From positions 810,001 to 842,000 of the forward strand of contig NC_009776.1 of assembly GCF_000017945.1 (NCBI RefSeq): a stretch of DNA of 32,000 bases. The letters run 5' to 3'. The translations under genes were made by a program, and so were the position numbers. Positions within the stretch are counted from its first letter, which is position 1. Every line of letters starts with the position of its first letter. The notes under the pieces were generated by a model that worked only from the letters and a program-made list of their open reading frames with translations, was not told the origin of the DNA and ran no database searches. This DNA comes from Ignicoccus hospitalis KIN4/I (lineage in GTDB: Archaea; Thermoproteota; Thermoprotei_A; Sulfolobales; Ignicoccaceae). Of the stretch, positions 7,968 to 16,201 are shown one piece after another.

Positions 7968-9017
7968 GTGAAGGAGGCGCTCGAGTGGTACGAAGAGATG
8001 CACCGGAAGTGCGACTTCCGCGGGAAGTGGGTGATTAGGGAGGAGGCGGAGACCGACCCCAAGTACGGCAAGGAGCCGTGGAAGAGGGACGTGAAGGAGC
8101 TGGTGGAGCTCGGCGTGGTGAACTTGGACAAGCCGCCCGGCCCGACCTCCCACGAGGTGGTGGCGTGGATAAAGAGGATGTTCGGGTTGGAGAGGGCCGG
8201 CCACGGGGGGACCCTCGACCCCAAGGTAACCGGCGTCCTGCCGGTGGCCCTAGCGGAGGCAACTAAGGTCATCCACTACGTGATGCTCTCTGGCAAAGAG
8301 TACGTGATGGTGATACAGTTCCACGACGCCGTTAAGGAAGAGGAGGTCATCGAGAACTTGAAGTACTTGGTGGGGGAGATATACCAAAGGCCCCCTCTGA
8401 GGAGCAGCGTTAAGAGGCAGTTGAGAACCAAGAAGGTGTATTACATACACGTCTTGGAGTTCTGGCCCGAGAGGAGGATGGCCTTAGTGAGGGTCGGCTC
8501 GGAGAGCGGAACTTACATGAGAAAGCTCGCCCACGACTTGGGCTTGCTCGTGGGAACGGGGGCCCACATGAGGGAGCTCAGGAGGACCCGGAGCGGCCCC
8601 TTCCACGAGGATTGGAACTTGGTTCGGATGCAAGACTTAAGCGAGGCTAAATTCTTATACGACAACTACGGCGACGACAGCCTCTTGAAGAAGTATATAA
8701 TGCCTTGTGAAGTAGCCACTTGTCATATGCCAAAGATAATGATCAAGGACGGCGCTGTGGACGCGGTGGCCCACGGCGCCAACGTCTCGATAAGGGGCGT
8801 TGCGGCGCTCACCGACAACATGAAGAAGGGGGACGTAGTGGCGGTGGTTAGCCTAAAGGGGGAGCTAGTGGCAATAGCACAAGCTCTGGTCTCTTCGCAA
8901 GAGGCCTTAAAAATGGAGAAGGGTTGGGTGGCGAAGACCAAGAGAGTGATAATGAAGCCCGGAACGTACCCGGACGTTTGGAGGAAGAAGAAGGCCTCAC
9001 AGCAAGAAGGGGGCTAA
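7968..9017 (+). CDS. cbf5: H/ACA RNP pseudouridine synthase Cbf5 (TruB family with a C-terminal PUA domain)
   Basis: TruB catalytic motif 'GHGGTLDPKVTGVLPV' with the catalytic Asp, the archaeal Cbf5 N-terminus (TDPKYG..P..R), and a PUA-like C-terminal region. Confidence 0.9.
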   Translation: MKEALEWYEEMHRKCDFRGKWVIREEAETDPKYGKEPWKRDVKELVELGVVNLDKPPGPTSHEVVAWIKRMFGLERAGHGGTLDPKVTGVLPVALAEATKVIHYVMLSGKEYVMVIQFHDAVKEEEVIENLKYLVGEIYQRPPLRSSVKRQLRTKKVYYIHVLEFWPERRMALVRVGSESGTYMRKLAHDLGLLVGTGAHMRELRRTRSGPFHEDWNLVRMQDLSEAKFLYDNYGDDSLLKKYIMPCEVATCHMPKIMIKDGAVDAVAHGANVSIRGVAALTDNMKKGDVVAVVSLKGELVAIAQALVSSQEALKMEKGWVAKTKRVIMKPGTYPDVWRKKKASQQEGG

Positions 9018-10232
9018 GGCCCTCTTGAGCGCGGCCAGCTTGTGCTCGGTCTCCTCCCACTCCTTTAGGGGTACGGAATAGTAAACTATCCCCGCCCCGG
9101 CTTGGGCCCTCAGCAGCCCGGACCTCGCGAAGAAGCTCCTTATGGTTATTGCGAACTCCGCCTCCCCGCCGCTCACGAAGCCCACGGCCCCGGCGTAGGG
9201 ACCTCTTCTCAACGTCTCCAAGTTCCCTATGATCTCCATGGCAGCAGGCTTGGGGGCGCCGCTGACCGTGCCGGCGGGGAAGGTAGCGGCCAAGACGTCC
9301 TCGGGCCCGAAGAGAGGGTCGAGCTCGCTCTCTACTTTGCTCACTAAGTGTTGCACGTGGCTGTACTTCTCCACGTACATCATGTTAGTTACTCTGACCG
9401 TCCCCGGTCTCGACACCTTGCCCAAGTCGTTCCTCGCCAAGTCAACTAACATCAAGTGTTCGGCCCTCTCCTTGGGGTCTGACTTCAAGTCCTCCTCAAG
9501 TCTCAAGTCCTCCCACTCGTCCTTCCCCCTAGGGCGGGTGCCGGCTATGGGGAAGGTCTCCGCCCTCCCGCGCTCAACCCGGAACAAGAGCTCCGGCGAG
9601 CTCCCCAACACCTCGCCGCTCTTCATTCTCAAGTGGAACATGTAGGGCGACGGGTTAATTCTCCTCAACTCGAAGTAGAGCCTCCTCAAGTCCCCCTCGT
9701 AACGGTAGGTGTAGGACTTTGAGATGACCACTTGTATGGCTTCTCCCTCCTCCTCTAACCTCCTCACCTCCTCTACCCACTTCACGAAGACGTCCTTAGG
9801 AACGTCGAGCCTCTCGTCGAAAACTTTGAGCTCGGAGGGCTCGCCGACCCCGAGCTCGTCCTTGTTGACCCCGCAGAGGGAGGCGTGGCCAAGCACGTGG
9901 TCGTAGACGACGAACTTCTTTGGCACGACGAACTCGCCCCAAGGCCACCCCATGTCGTTAGCTCCCTTGTGCTTGACCCCCTCCCACGCCTCCACGGCTT
10001 CGTAGCTGACGTAGCCTATCGGGCCCCCCTTGTACAAGGTCCCCGTGTCCGCGTCCCCGCCCCTCAGCTCCCTCAACGCTTCCCTGACGTCCTCGCCTTC
10101 TTTGACGATTACGTCTACCTCCGGCTCCCACGCGACCAAGCTCAGACGCGCCTTGGTCTCGCCGCCGGCAGCGCTCTCCAATATTAAGGAAGGACCTTCC
10201 AAGGACGAGAAGAGCTCCGCGGGCTTGGGCAC
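8997..10232 (-). CDS. trpE: Anthranilate synthase component I
   Basis: Chorismate-binding C-terminal core (GAPK...A...IGNLE..RRGPYAGAVGF). It also has the Trp-feedback motif LLES-x10-S, seen here as 'LILESAAGGETKARLS'. It sits directly downstream of trpF. Confidence 0.85.
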   Translation of the reverse strand: MPKPAELFSSLEGPSLILESAAGGETKARLSLVAWEPEVDVIVKEGEDVREALRELRGGDADTGTLYKGGPIGYVSYEAVEAWEGVKHKGANDMGWPWGEFVVPKKFVVYDHVLGHASLCGVNKDELGVGEPSELKVFDERLDVPKDVFVKWVEEVRRLEEEGEAIQVVISKSYTYRYEGDLRRLYFELRRINPSPYMFHLRMKSGEVLGSSPELLFRVERGRAETFPIAGTRPRGKDEWEDLRLEEDLKSDPKERAEHLMLVDLARNDLGKVSRPGTVRVTNMMYVEKYSHVQHLVSKVESELDPLFGPEDVLAATFPAGTVSGAPKPAAMEIIGNLETLRRGPYAGAVGFVSGGEAEFAITIRSFFARSGLLRAQAGAGIVYYSVPLKEWEETEHKLAALKRALAPFLL

Positions 10233-10251
10233 CGAGGAGAGCGGGAGCCTC

Positions 10252-10836
10252 TCACAGCGCGAGGCCGATCACCTCTGCTACCTTCATTACCTTCTCGGGG
10301 TCCTTGACGCCGGGTTTAACCTCTACCCCGCTGCTGACGTCTATTAAGTCGGGCTTGAAGAGGGCCACGACCTCCTTGACGTTCTCTGGCGTCACCTTGC
10401 CGGCGACCCCCACCTTGGTCCACCGAGCGCCCCACGAGACGAACTTCTCTTCGAAACTCTTCTTGTCCCACAAGACGTATTCGGCCCCCGCGTACTTGAA
10501 GGGGGTTGCCCTCAGCGGGGCCACCGCGACCGAGACGCCGTAGCCCTCTAGGAGGAGCTTCGCCCTCAAGAAGGAGGACTCGTCCCCCCAGTGGAGCTGA
10601 ACCACCTTAACTCCCGAGTTAAGCACCTTGTCCAAGTCCAAGGGCTTTCTCGCGTCCACCACCCCGACGGGCTTTACGTGGGAGGGGAGTACCGAGGCCA
10701 CGTCCCGCGCGGCCTCCGGCCCCACGAGCCTCGGGGAGGGGGCGTCTATTATCACGCCCACGTAGCTCGCCCCGGCCTCTACGGCCACCTCGGCGTCCTC
10801 GGGGTTCGTGACCCCACACACCTTTAGCTCCGGCAA
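10252..10836 (-). CDS. trpF: Phosphoribosylanthranilate isomerase
   Basis: 'LKVCGVTNPEDAEVAVEAGASYVGVII' N-terminal block and 'DVSSGVE' C-terminal block of PRAI. I place the start at TTG 10836, preceded by GGAGGTGAGG. The track's 254-aa version (to 11016) adds 60 non-homologous residues and overlaps the divergent gene. Confidence 0.8.
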   Translation of the reverse strand: MPELKVCGVTNPEDAEVAVEAGASYVGVIIDAPSPRLVGPEAARDVASVLPSHVKPVGVVDARKPLDLDKVLNSGVKVVQLHWGDESSFLRAKLLLEGYGVSVAVAPLRATPFKYAGAEYVLWDKKSFEEKFVSWGARWTKVGVAGKVTPENVKEVVALFKPDLIDVSSGVEVKPGVKDPEKVMKVAEVIGLAL

Positions 10837-10861
10837 GCCCTCACCTCCGGCAAGCGACGCT

Positions 10862-12037
10862 TTGAGGCTAAAGGCTGTGGCAACGGGCTTCGGCGGGATA
10901 TCGCTCGTAGCCGAGTGCGGCGAACCCTTCGCCTTGGACGCCGGGGTGGAGCCCGGCGTGGACAAGGTAATCTTGACCCACGCCCACTTGGACCACAGCT
11001 TAATGGCCCCTGGCAAGGAGGTCTACGCCACGCTCCCAACGCTTGCCTTGGCAAAGGAGTTGTGGTTGGACGCCAAGTCCCTCAACCCGGACCTCCCTTG
11101 GGAGGCGACTGACGTCCAGAAGACCTTGAACTCGTCCTTCCGGGTGCCTTACGGGAGACCCTTCAAGGTAGGGGATGCGACGGTCACTCTGTTCAACGCG
11201 GGCCACGTGTTGGGGAGCGCGATGGTGTTGGTGGAGTGTGAGGGGAAGAGGCTCCTCTACACCGGCGACTTGGGGACCTCGAGCTTCTTGCTAGACCACT
11301 GGTCGAAGGAGGTGCCACAGGCGGACGTGTTGGTGACGGAGAGCAGCTACTTGTGTAAGGATAGACCATCTGCGAAGAAGGAGTGGTCGAGGCTCTTGTA
11401 CTTCTTAAAGCAGAGGCTGCGGGAGGGGCCGGTGCTGATAGCGGCCAACGCAGTGGGAAAGGTTCAAGAGGTCATTAAGTTTCTTATGAACTATAAAGAA
11501 CAGATAGGGTTGAATGCAGTCATAGTCGAGGGTATGGGCTTCCGCGCTACGAAGATATACGACGAAATGATTGAGTATTTGAAGGAAAGCGAGGTGACGG
11601 CGTGGTTGAACGGGAACAGGAGGAGGCTAACGGACTTCGTAACTTTCCCGTCTTCTTTAAGAGAGAGGTTGGACATGGCGAGGCCCGGCACGGCGGTGGT
11701 CGCGCCTTCCGGCTCCCTGAGCGGGGGCATGAGCGTCTGGTGGGCGCTCAAGGGGGTGCCGTACGTCTTGTTGGGCCACGTGTTCGAGCCGGCCTCCTCC
11801 CTCCTAGCGGGCGGGGAGGTAACGTTGAAGGACCCCTTGGGCAACGAGGGCGTCGTGAGGCCGCCGGAGCTGCACTTGCAGATCTCCAGGCACGCGACGA
11901 GGCAAGAGCTCTTGCAATTTATCTCCCTTACAAAGGCCAAGGAAGTCTACTTGGTCCACGGGGACGAGGAGTGTAGGAGCGAGGCAGAGCGCATGGGCTT
12001 TCACAACCTAAAGGACGGGGAGGAGCTCACATTCTAG
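10862..12037 (+). CDS. Metallo-beta-lactamase / beta-CASP family ribonuclease (short aCPSF2-like form without KH domains)
   Basis: 'ILTHAHLDHS' (HxHxDH), 'GHVLGSA', beta-CASP motif A region 'VLVTESSY' and a C-terminal 'VYLVHGDEE'. I moved the start to TTG 10862; the track's GTG 10808 would overlap the trpF 5' end. Confidence 0.75.
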   Translation: MRLKAVATGFGGISLVAECGEPFALDAGVEPGVDKVILTHAHLDHSLMAPGKEVYATLPTLALAKELWLDAKSLNPDLPWEATDVQKTLNSSFRVPYGRPFKVGDATVTLFNAGHVLGSAMVLVECEGKRLLYTGDLGTSSFLLDHWSKEVPQADVLVTESSYLCKDRPSAKKEWSRLLYFLKQRLREGPVLIAANAVGKVQEVIKFLMNYKEQIGLNAVIVEGMGFRATKIYDEMIEYLKESEVTAWLNGNRRRLTDFVTFPSSLRERLDMARPGTAVVAPSGSLSGGMSVWWALKGVPYVLLGHVFEPASSLLAGGEVTLKDPLGNEGVVRPPELHLQISRHATRQELLQFISLTKAKEVYLVHGDEECRSEAERMGFHNLKDGEELTF

Positions 12038-13895
12038 CCGGCGCCTCCACCCCCAACAGCCACAGCCCCCTCCTTATCGTGTTCGCCACTGCCTTCACCA
12101 AGGCCAACTTTAGGTTTCTCAGGCCTTCGTCCGGCTCCTTCGCGACGGGCTCTTTGTGGTAGAACTCGTTGAACTTGTCCGCCAAGGAGAGCAAGTACGT
12201 CGCTATTAGGTCCGGCTTTAAGTCCTCTGCTGCCTTCCTCGCGACCTCGGGAAACTCCGCTATACTCAATATCATGTCCTTGTACTTCTCCGCCTTGGAG
12301 TAGTCCGCCCTCTCCAAGTCCGGCTCCCCGCCCTTCCGGAGTATCCCCACGGCCCTAGCGTAGGTGTACTGGAGGTAGGGGGCAGAGTTCCTCTCGAAGT
12401 TCAAGACCTCCTCCCACTTAAACGTTATGGGTTTTTCTGGAGACACCGAGACCATTGCGAACTTCACAGCTCCCACGGCTACCTTCTTGACGACCTCGTC
12501 CACGTCCTCGGCCTCGCTCCTCCCCTCTACGAGCTCCCTCACCCTCCTCTCCGCCTCGTCCAACAACCAGTCCAAGGTTATCATCCTCCCCCTCCTGCCG
12601 CTCATCTTCATTCCGGGAACGTTCACCATTTCGTATGCGTAGTGGATCAAGTTCTCAGCGTACTCCTTGAAGCCGAGCTCCCAGAGGGCCAGCCTCAGCT
12701 GGATCTGGGGGAGCCTCTGCTCGGCGGCTATCACGTTTATCACCCTATCCGCCCTGAACTCTTCGAACTTCTTTATCGTGTAGGCAATATCCCTCGTGGT
12801 GTAGAGCGTAGTCCCGTCAGACCTCTTGAGGACCAGCGGGGGTATCTGGAGGCCCTTGGGTATTCTTAACCTCCTCCGGACCTCGTCGTTCAAGTTCTTG
12901 AAGACCATCACAAGGGCCCCGTCCTTTTCGATTACCAAGCCCTTCTCCTTTGCCATGTTTATTATCTTATCAACCTCGCCGCTCCAAACCAAGTCGCTCT
13001 CCCAGTCCCACTTGTCCACATTCACTCCGACCCTCTCCATAGTCTCTTTGAACCCTTTCAACACTTCATTAACTACCTTCCTGAAGGTTTCCTTCACCTC
13101 CGGGTCACCCTCTTCGTACTTCTTCATTAGTTCCGAGACCTTGGCCTCTGGGTCCTCGTCGTCGAACTTCTCTTTCATCTCCCTCACTATTTCCGGCCAC
13201 TTGCTCTCGAGCTCTTTCAGCACCTCTTCCCACTCCTTCTTCTCATCGTCGCCCTTCGAGGGCGAGTTCAGCTCCACGAGGGCGTTCGCTACGCTGTAGA
13301 CTTTCCCGTACCAGTGGTCCGGCTTCTCCCCTTCCGGGGGCTCAAGCCTTCCGAGCTTCAACAGCCCGTAAACCAACACGGCCACTTGTCTCCCCATGTC
13401 GTTTATGTAGAACCGGGACTGCACGTCGGCTCCCCAGTTCTTCAGTATCCTGACCAAAGAATCGCCCAGGAACATGTTCCTTGCATGCCCGACGTGTAAG
13501 GGGTGCACGGGGTTGGCCGAGGTGTGCTCTACGACGAGGCGCCCGCTGAAGGACCACTTGCCGTAGTCCTCTCTGGAGGCCTCTCGGAGCGCCCTCTCCG
13601 CCAACCAAGACGGCTCCAACTCTACGTTCAAGAACCCCCCTATGGCTTTAACCTCCTTGACGCCGGCCAACCTCCCTTCTATCTCCCCCTTCAGCTCCGA
13701 CGTGAGCTCCTCGGGTCTGAGTCCCAACTTCTTCGCGTATCTGAAGAGCGAGACTCCCAAGTCGCCCATCTCTGGACTGGGGGGCCTCCCGGCCAGCCTC
13801 TCCAGCTCTTCCTCTTCTACCTCAAGCCCCCTCCTCTTCAGTGCCTCAGCAATTAGCTTTAGAAAATTCGACTTCGTCTCGCTCAAAACGTACAA
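12027..13895 (-). CDS. argS: Arginyl-tRNA synthetase
   Basis: 622 aa. 'HTSANPVHPLHVGHARN' (ArgS HIGH region), 'KMSGRRG' (KMSKS-equivalent) and the C-terminal anticodon-binding DALR-type region. TTG start at 13895. Confidence 0.9.
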   Translation of the reverse strand: MYVLSETKSNFLKLIAEALKRRGLEVEEEELERLAGRPPSPEMGDLGVSLFRYAKKLGLRPEELTSELKGEIEGRLAGVKEVKAIGGFLNVELEPSWLAERALREASREDYGKWSFSGRLVVEHTSANPVHPLHVGHARNMFLGDSLVRILKNWGADVQSRFYINDMGRQVAVLVYGLLKLGRLEPPEGEKPDHWYGKVYSVANALVELNSPSKGDDEKKEWEEVLKELESKWPEIVREMKEKFDDEDPEAKVSELMKKYEEGDPEVKETFRKVVNEVLKGFKETMERVGVNVDKWDWESDLVWSGEVDKIINMAKEKGLVIEKDGALVMVFKNLNDEVRRRLRIPKGLQIPPLVLKRSDGTTLYTTRDIAYTIKKFEEFRADRVINVIAAEQRLPQIQLRLALWELGFKEYAENLIHYAYEMVNVPGMKMSGRRGRMITLDWLLDEAERRVRELVEGRSEAEDVDEVVKKVAVGAVKFAMVSVSPEKPITFKWEEVLNFERNSAPYLQYTYARAVGILRKGGEPDLERADYSKAEKYKDMILSIAEFPEVARKAAEDLKPDLIATYLLSLADKFNEFYHKEPVAKEPDEGLRNLKLALVKAVANTIRRGLWLLGVEAPARM

Positions 13896-14096
13896 GCATT
13901 TTCCCCCGCGACGGGCGATTGAAACTTAAAGGCTTATGACGACTCGCGCCCGAGGCCCAGTGAAGAGTACTCCCGGAGCTGAAGGGTGAGGAGAAGGCAT
14001 TTGTCTGAGGGATGAGCGGGATTGCACGTCCCGGAGCGGTGACGAACCTCCACCGGCGGCGACCGGTTCCGTACATTGAGAAACCTTTCTACTTAC

Positions 14097-14104
14097 TTAA
14101 ATAT
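14097..14104 (+). promoter_or_regulatory. TATA-like box TTAAATAT upstream of the Roadblock-domain gene
   Basis: A/T-rich octamer about 35-40 nt upstream of the in-frame TTG at 14139. This argues that the true start lies downstream of the track's TTG 14076. Confidence 0.4.
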
Positions 14105-14138
14105 CGCTCCCCAAGGAAACTACTCTGGGTATCGGGGT

Positions 14139-14510
14139 TTGGCGGCTGAGACGCCCTTGAAGATAGTATTGAACGAGATGATAAGGGTAGAGGGCATAAG
14201 GGCAGTGCTGGTGGTCTCCAAGGATGGCTTCCTGATCGACTACGTATCTCAAATGGGGAAGGAGATAGACCCCGAAAGCGTCGCGGCGATGGTGGTGAGC
14301 GTTTACGGCGCCCTACAGAGGTTCGCCGAGGAGTTCAACCTAGGAGAGATGGACATGGCCACTGCCGAGTACAGCCGAAACATGATGCTCCTCACCGACA
14401 TAGGCGACGCTATGGTAGTCGTGATCACTGACAGAACTGCGCTGCTGGGCAGGATAAGGTACGAATTGAAGAAGCAGAAGGACAGGCTCAAAGCCGCGCT
14501 GGCCGCCTAG
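14139..14510 (+). CDS. Roadblock/LC7 (MglB-like) domain protein
   Basis: 'EMIRVEGIRAVLVVSKDGFLIDYV...ESVAAMVVSVYGAL...MLLTDIGDAMVVVITD' is the typical Roadblock/LC7 alpha-beta-alpha pattern. I prefer the start at TTG 14139 (123 aa). ATG 14178 is also possible. The track's 14076 start would include the promoter element. Confidence 0.65.
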   Translation: MAAETPLKIVLNEMIRVEGIRAVLVVSKDGFLIDYVSQMGKEIDPESVAAMVVSVYGALQRFAEEFNLGEMDMATAEYSRNMMLLTDIGDAMVVVITDRTALLGRIRYELKKQKDRLKAALAA

Positions 14511-14524
14511 CCCGGGGGAGGGGC

Positions 14525-14782
14525 ATGAGTTACGAGGAAGAACCTTTCCTTTTTGGGGAGAGCGAGACCACGGAGGAGGCCCCGCTCGTAGAGGAGGAAG
14601 AGGGAACCAAGGCTCCCACGACGGAGCGCTTCCCGCTGGAAGCCTACGAGATCTCGGTGGAGCTAGCCGACCTGTGGGACGGCGCCATAGAGGGTAAGGT
14701 CAGCTTAGAAGAGTTGAAGGAAACCATGCAAGCTCTCCAGTCCCTCGTCTCTACCGGGAGGAGGCGGAGGCGGAGGAGGTGA
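14525..14782 (+). CDS. Small acidic protein (85 aa) with a C-terminal hepta-arginine tail
   Basis: ATG preceded by GGGGGAGGGG, 14 nt after the Roadblock gene's stop. It has an acidic, probably disordered N-terminus (EEEPFLFGESETTEEAPLVEEEEG), a helical middle, and ends ...STGRRRRRRR. No family recognised. Confidence 0.5.
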   Translation: MSYEEEPFLFGESETTEEAPLVEEEEGTKAPTTERFPLEAYEISVELADLWDGAIEGKVSLEELKETMQALQSLVSTGRRRRRRR

Positions 14783-14888
14783 GGCCCCTAAGGGTGCAAG
14801 CTCTGAGGGCCGGAATGATGAACCGGTCTTAAGGCCGATCCGCGCAACACAAAAAATCCTCCTCCTCTTCTCTCGCCGGGTCCTAATC

Positions 14889-16148
14889 ATGCCGAAAACC
14901 ATGGCAGAGAAGATACTCGGCAGGGCCAGCGGCAAGGACGTGAGTCCCGGAGAGATCGTAGAGGCCAATGTGGACTTAGCCATGGTTCACGACTTGACCG
15001 GCCCCCACGTGGTGGAGGTGGTTGAGGAGATAGCGGGGGAGGTTAGGGTCTGGGACCCCGACAAGGTCGCCATAATATTCGACCACCACGTGCCCGCCGA
15101 CAAGATAAGGGCGGCGGAGCTCCAAGCGATAATGAGGAAGGTGGCTAGGAAGCTCGGCATAAAGAAGTTCCACGACGTGGGGAGAGGGGGGATTTGCCAC
15201 CAAGTGTTGGTGGAGGAGCGCTACGCGAGGCCCGGGATGCTGATAGTAGGCGCGGACTCCCACACGGTGACCTCCGGGGCGGTGGGGGCCTTCGCGACTG
15301 GTATCGGGGCGAGCGACATGGCCATGGTCTGGCTCACGGGCAAGCTCTGGTTCAAGGTGCCCGAGTCTATAAAAGTCAACGTTACGGGCGAGCTGCCCAA
15401 GGGCGTCTACGCGAAGGACGTAATACTTCATATAATAGGCACCGTAACCGTTGACGGCGCCACTTACAAGGCCGTGGAGTACCACGGAGACACAATCAAG
15501 AGGATGAACATAGCAGACAGGATGACGCTGGCCAACATGAGCGTTGAGATGGGCGCCAAGGCAGGCATGGTCCCCGCAGACGAGGTTACGGTCAAGTTCT
15601 TCGAGGAGGCCGGCATAAGCGTTAAGCCCTTCGGCCCCGACCCGGGAGCTCAGTACGAGGACGTTTGGGAGTTCGACGTGAGTAAGCTGGAACCTCAAGT
15701 GGCGGTGCCCCACAGCGTGGACAACGTCGTCGCGGTGGGCGAGGTGGAGGGAACTCCCATCGACCAAGCCTTCATAGGCAGCTGCACCAACGGGCGTTAC
15801 GAGGACTTCGTGGAGGCGGCGAAGATACTGAAGGGGAGGAAGGTAGCTCCCGGGGTTAGGTGCATAGCCATACCCGCCTCCTTGAAGCAGTACATGAGGC
15901 TACTCAAGGAAGGCATAATTGACATCTTAACCGAGGCGGGCTGCTTCGTCGCCCACAGCACTTGTGGTCCGTGCCTCGGAGGACACTTAGGGGTGTTGGG
16001 GCCCGGCGAGGTGGCGATATCCTCCAGCAACAGGAACTTCAAGGGCAGGATGGGCCACCCGGAGAGCAAGGTCTACTTAGCTAGCCCCGCCACCGTAGCG
16101 GCAAGCGCGGTGGAGGGCAAGATAGCTGACCCGCGGAAGTACCTCTGA
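14889..16148 (+). CDS. leuC: 3-isopropylmalate / homoaconitate dehydratase large subunit (aconitase family)
   Basis: 419 aa. 'MAEKIL' N-terminus, 'ICHQV', 'GADSHT', 'GSCTNGR', 'CGPCLG' (the Fe-S ligand cysteines) and 'SSNRNFKGR'. LeuC and HacA cannot be told apart by eye. Confidence 0.9.
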   Translation: MPKTMAEKILGRASGKDVSPGEIVEANVDLAMVHDLTGPHVVEVVEEIAGEVRVWDPDKVAIIFDHHVPADKIRAAELQAIMRKVARKLGIKKFHDVGRGGICHQVLVEERYARPGMLIVGADSHTVTSGAVGAFATGIGASDMAMVWLTGKLWFKVPESIKVNVTGELPKGVYAKDVILHIIGTVTVDGATYKAVEYHGDTIKRMNIADRMTLANMSVEMGAKAGMVPADEVTVKFFEEAGISVKPFGPDPGAQYEDVWEFDVSKLEPQVAVPHSVDNVVAVGEVEGTPIDQAFIGSCTNGRYEDFVEAAKILKGRKVAPGVRCIAIPASLKQYMRLLKEGIIDILTEAGCFVAHSTCGPCLGGHLGVLGPGEVAISSSNRNFKGRMGHPESKVYLASPATVAASAVEGKIADPRKYL

Positions 16149-16201
16149 GGTCCTCGGTGAGGCTAGGGGCTCTTCACCGCTCCGGACCGGCCTGGTGGTC
16201 C

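Noticed and set aside
10837-11016. 60-codon N-terminal extension of trpF in the ORF track
   Set aside because: PRAI homology begins at 'LKVCGV'. The extension overlaps the divergent nuclease gene, and TTG 10836 has a strong GGAGGTGAGG upstream.
12826-13299. 157-aa plus-strand ORF inside argS
   Set aside because: Ser/Thr/Phe-rich antisense shadow of the clearly homologous ArgS gene.
14042-14075. Hairpin (ACGAACC...GGTTCCGT) immediately followed by ACA, which is H/ACA-sRNA-like
   Set aside because: The stem-loop is only about 31 nt, with no room for a pseudouridylation pocket or a K-turn upper stem. The ACA may be coincidental.
13846-14076. 76-aa minus-strand ORF filling the long intergenic gap
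   Set aside because: It overlaps the argS start and promoter, is Arg/Ser/Gly-rich, and has no SD or TATA context. I treat the region as non-coding.
14803-14821. CTGA followed 8 nt later by a perfect C-box-like ATGATGA upstream of leuC
   Set aside because: This looks like a D'/C' pair. However, there is no C box 12 nt upstream of the CTGA and no D box (CTGA) within 10-14 nt downstream of the ATGATGA. The C/D architecture is therefore incomplete.
14705-14983. 92-aa minus-strand ORF containing a poly-proline run (PPPPPPPP)
   Set aside because: The poly-Pro run is just the reverse complement of the AGG/CGG arginine tract. The ORF spans an intergenic region and the 5' end of leuC, and it has no plausible start context.
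14976-15767. 263-aa minus-strand ORF inside leuC
   Set aside because: It is antisense to a gene with unmistakable aconitase-family motifs. Its His/Arg/Val/Leu-rich composition is typical of a shadow frame.
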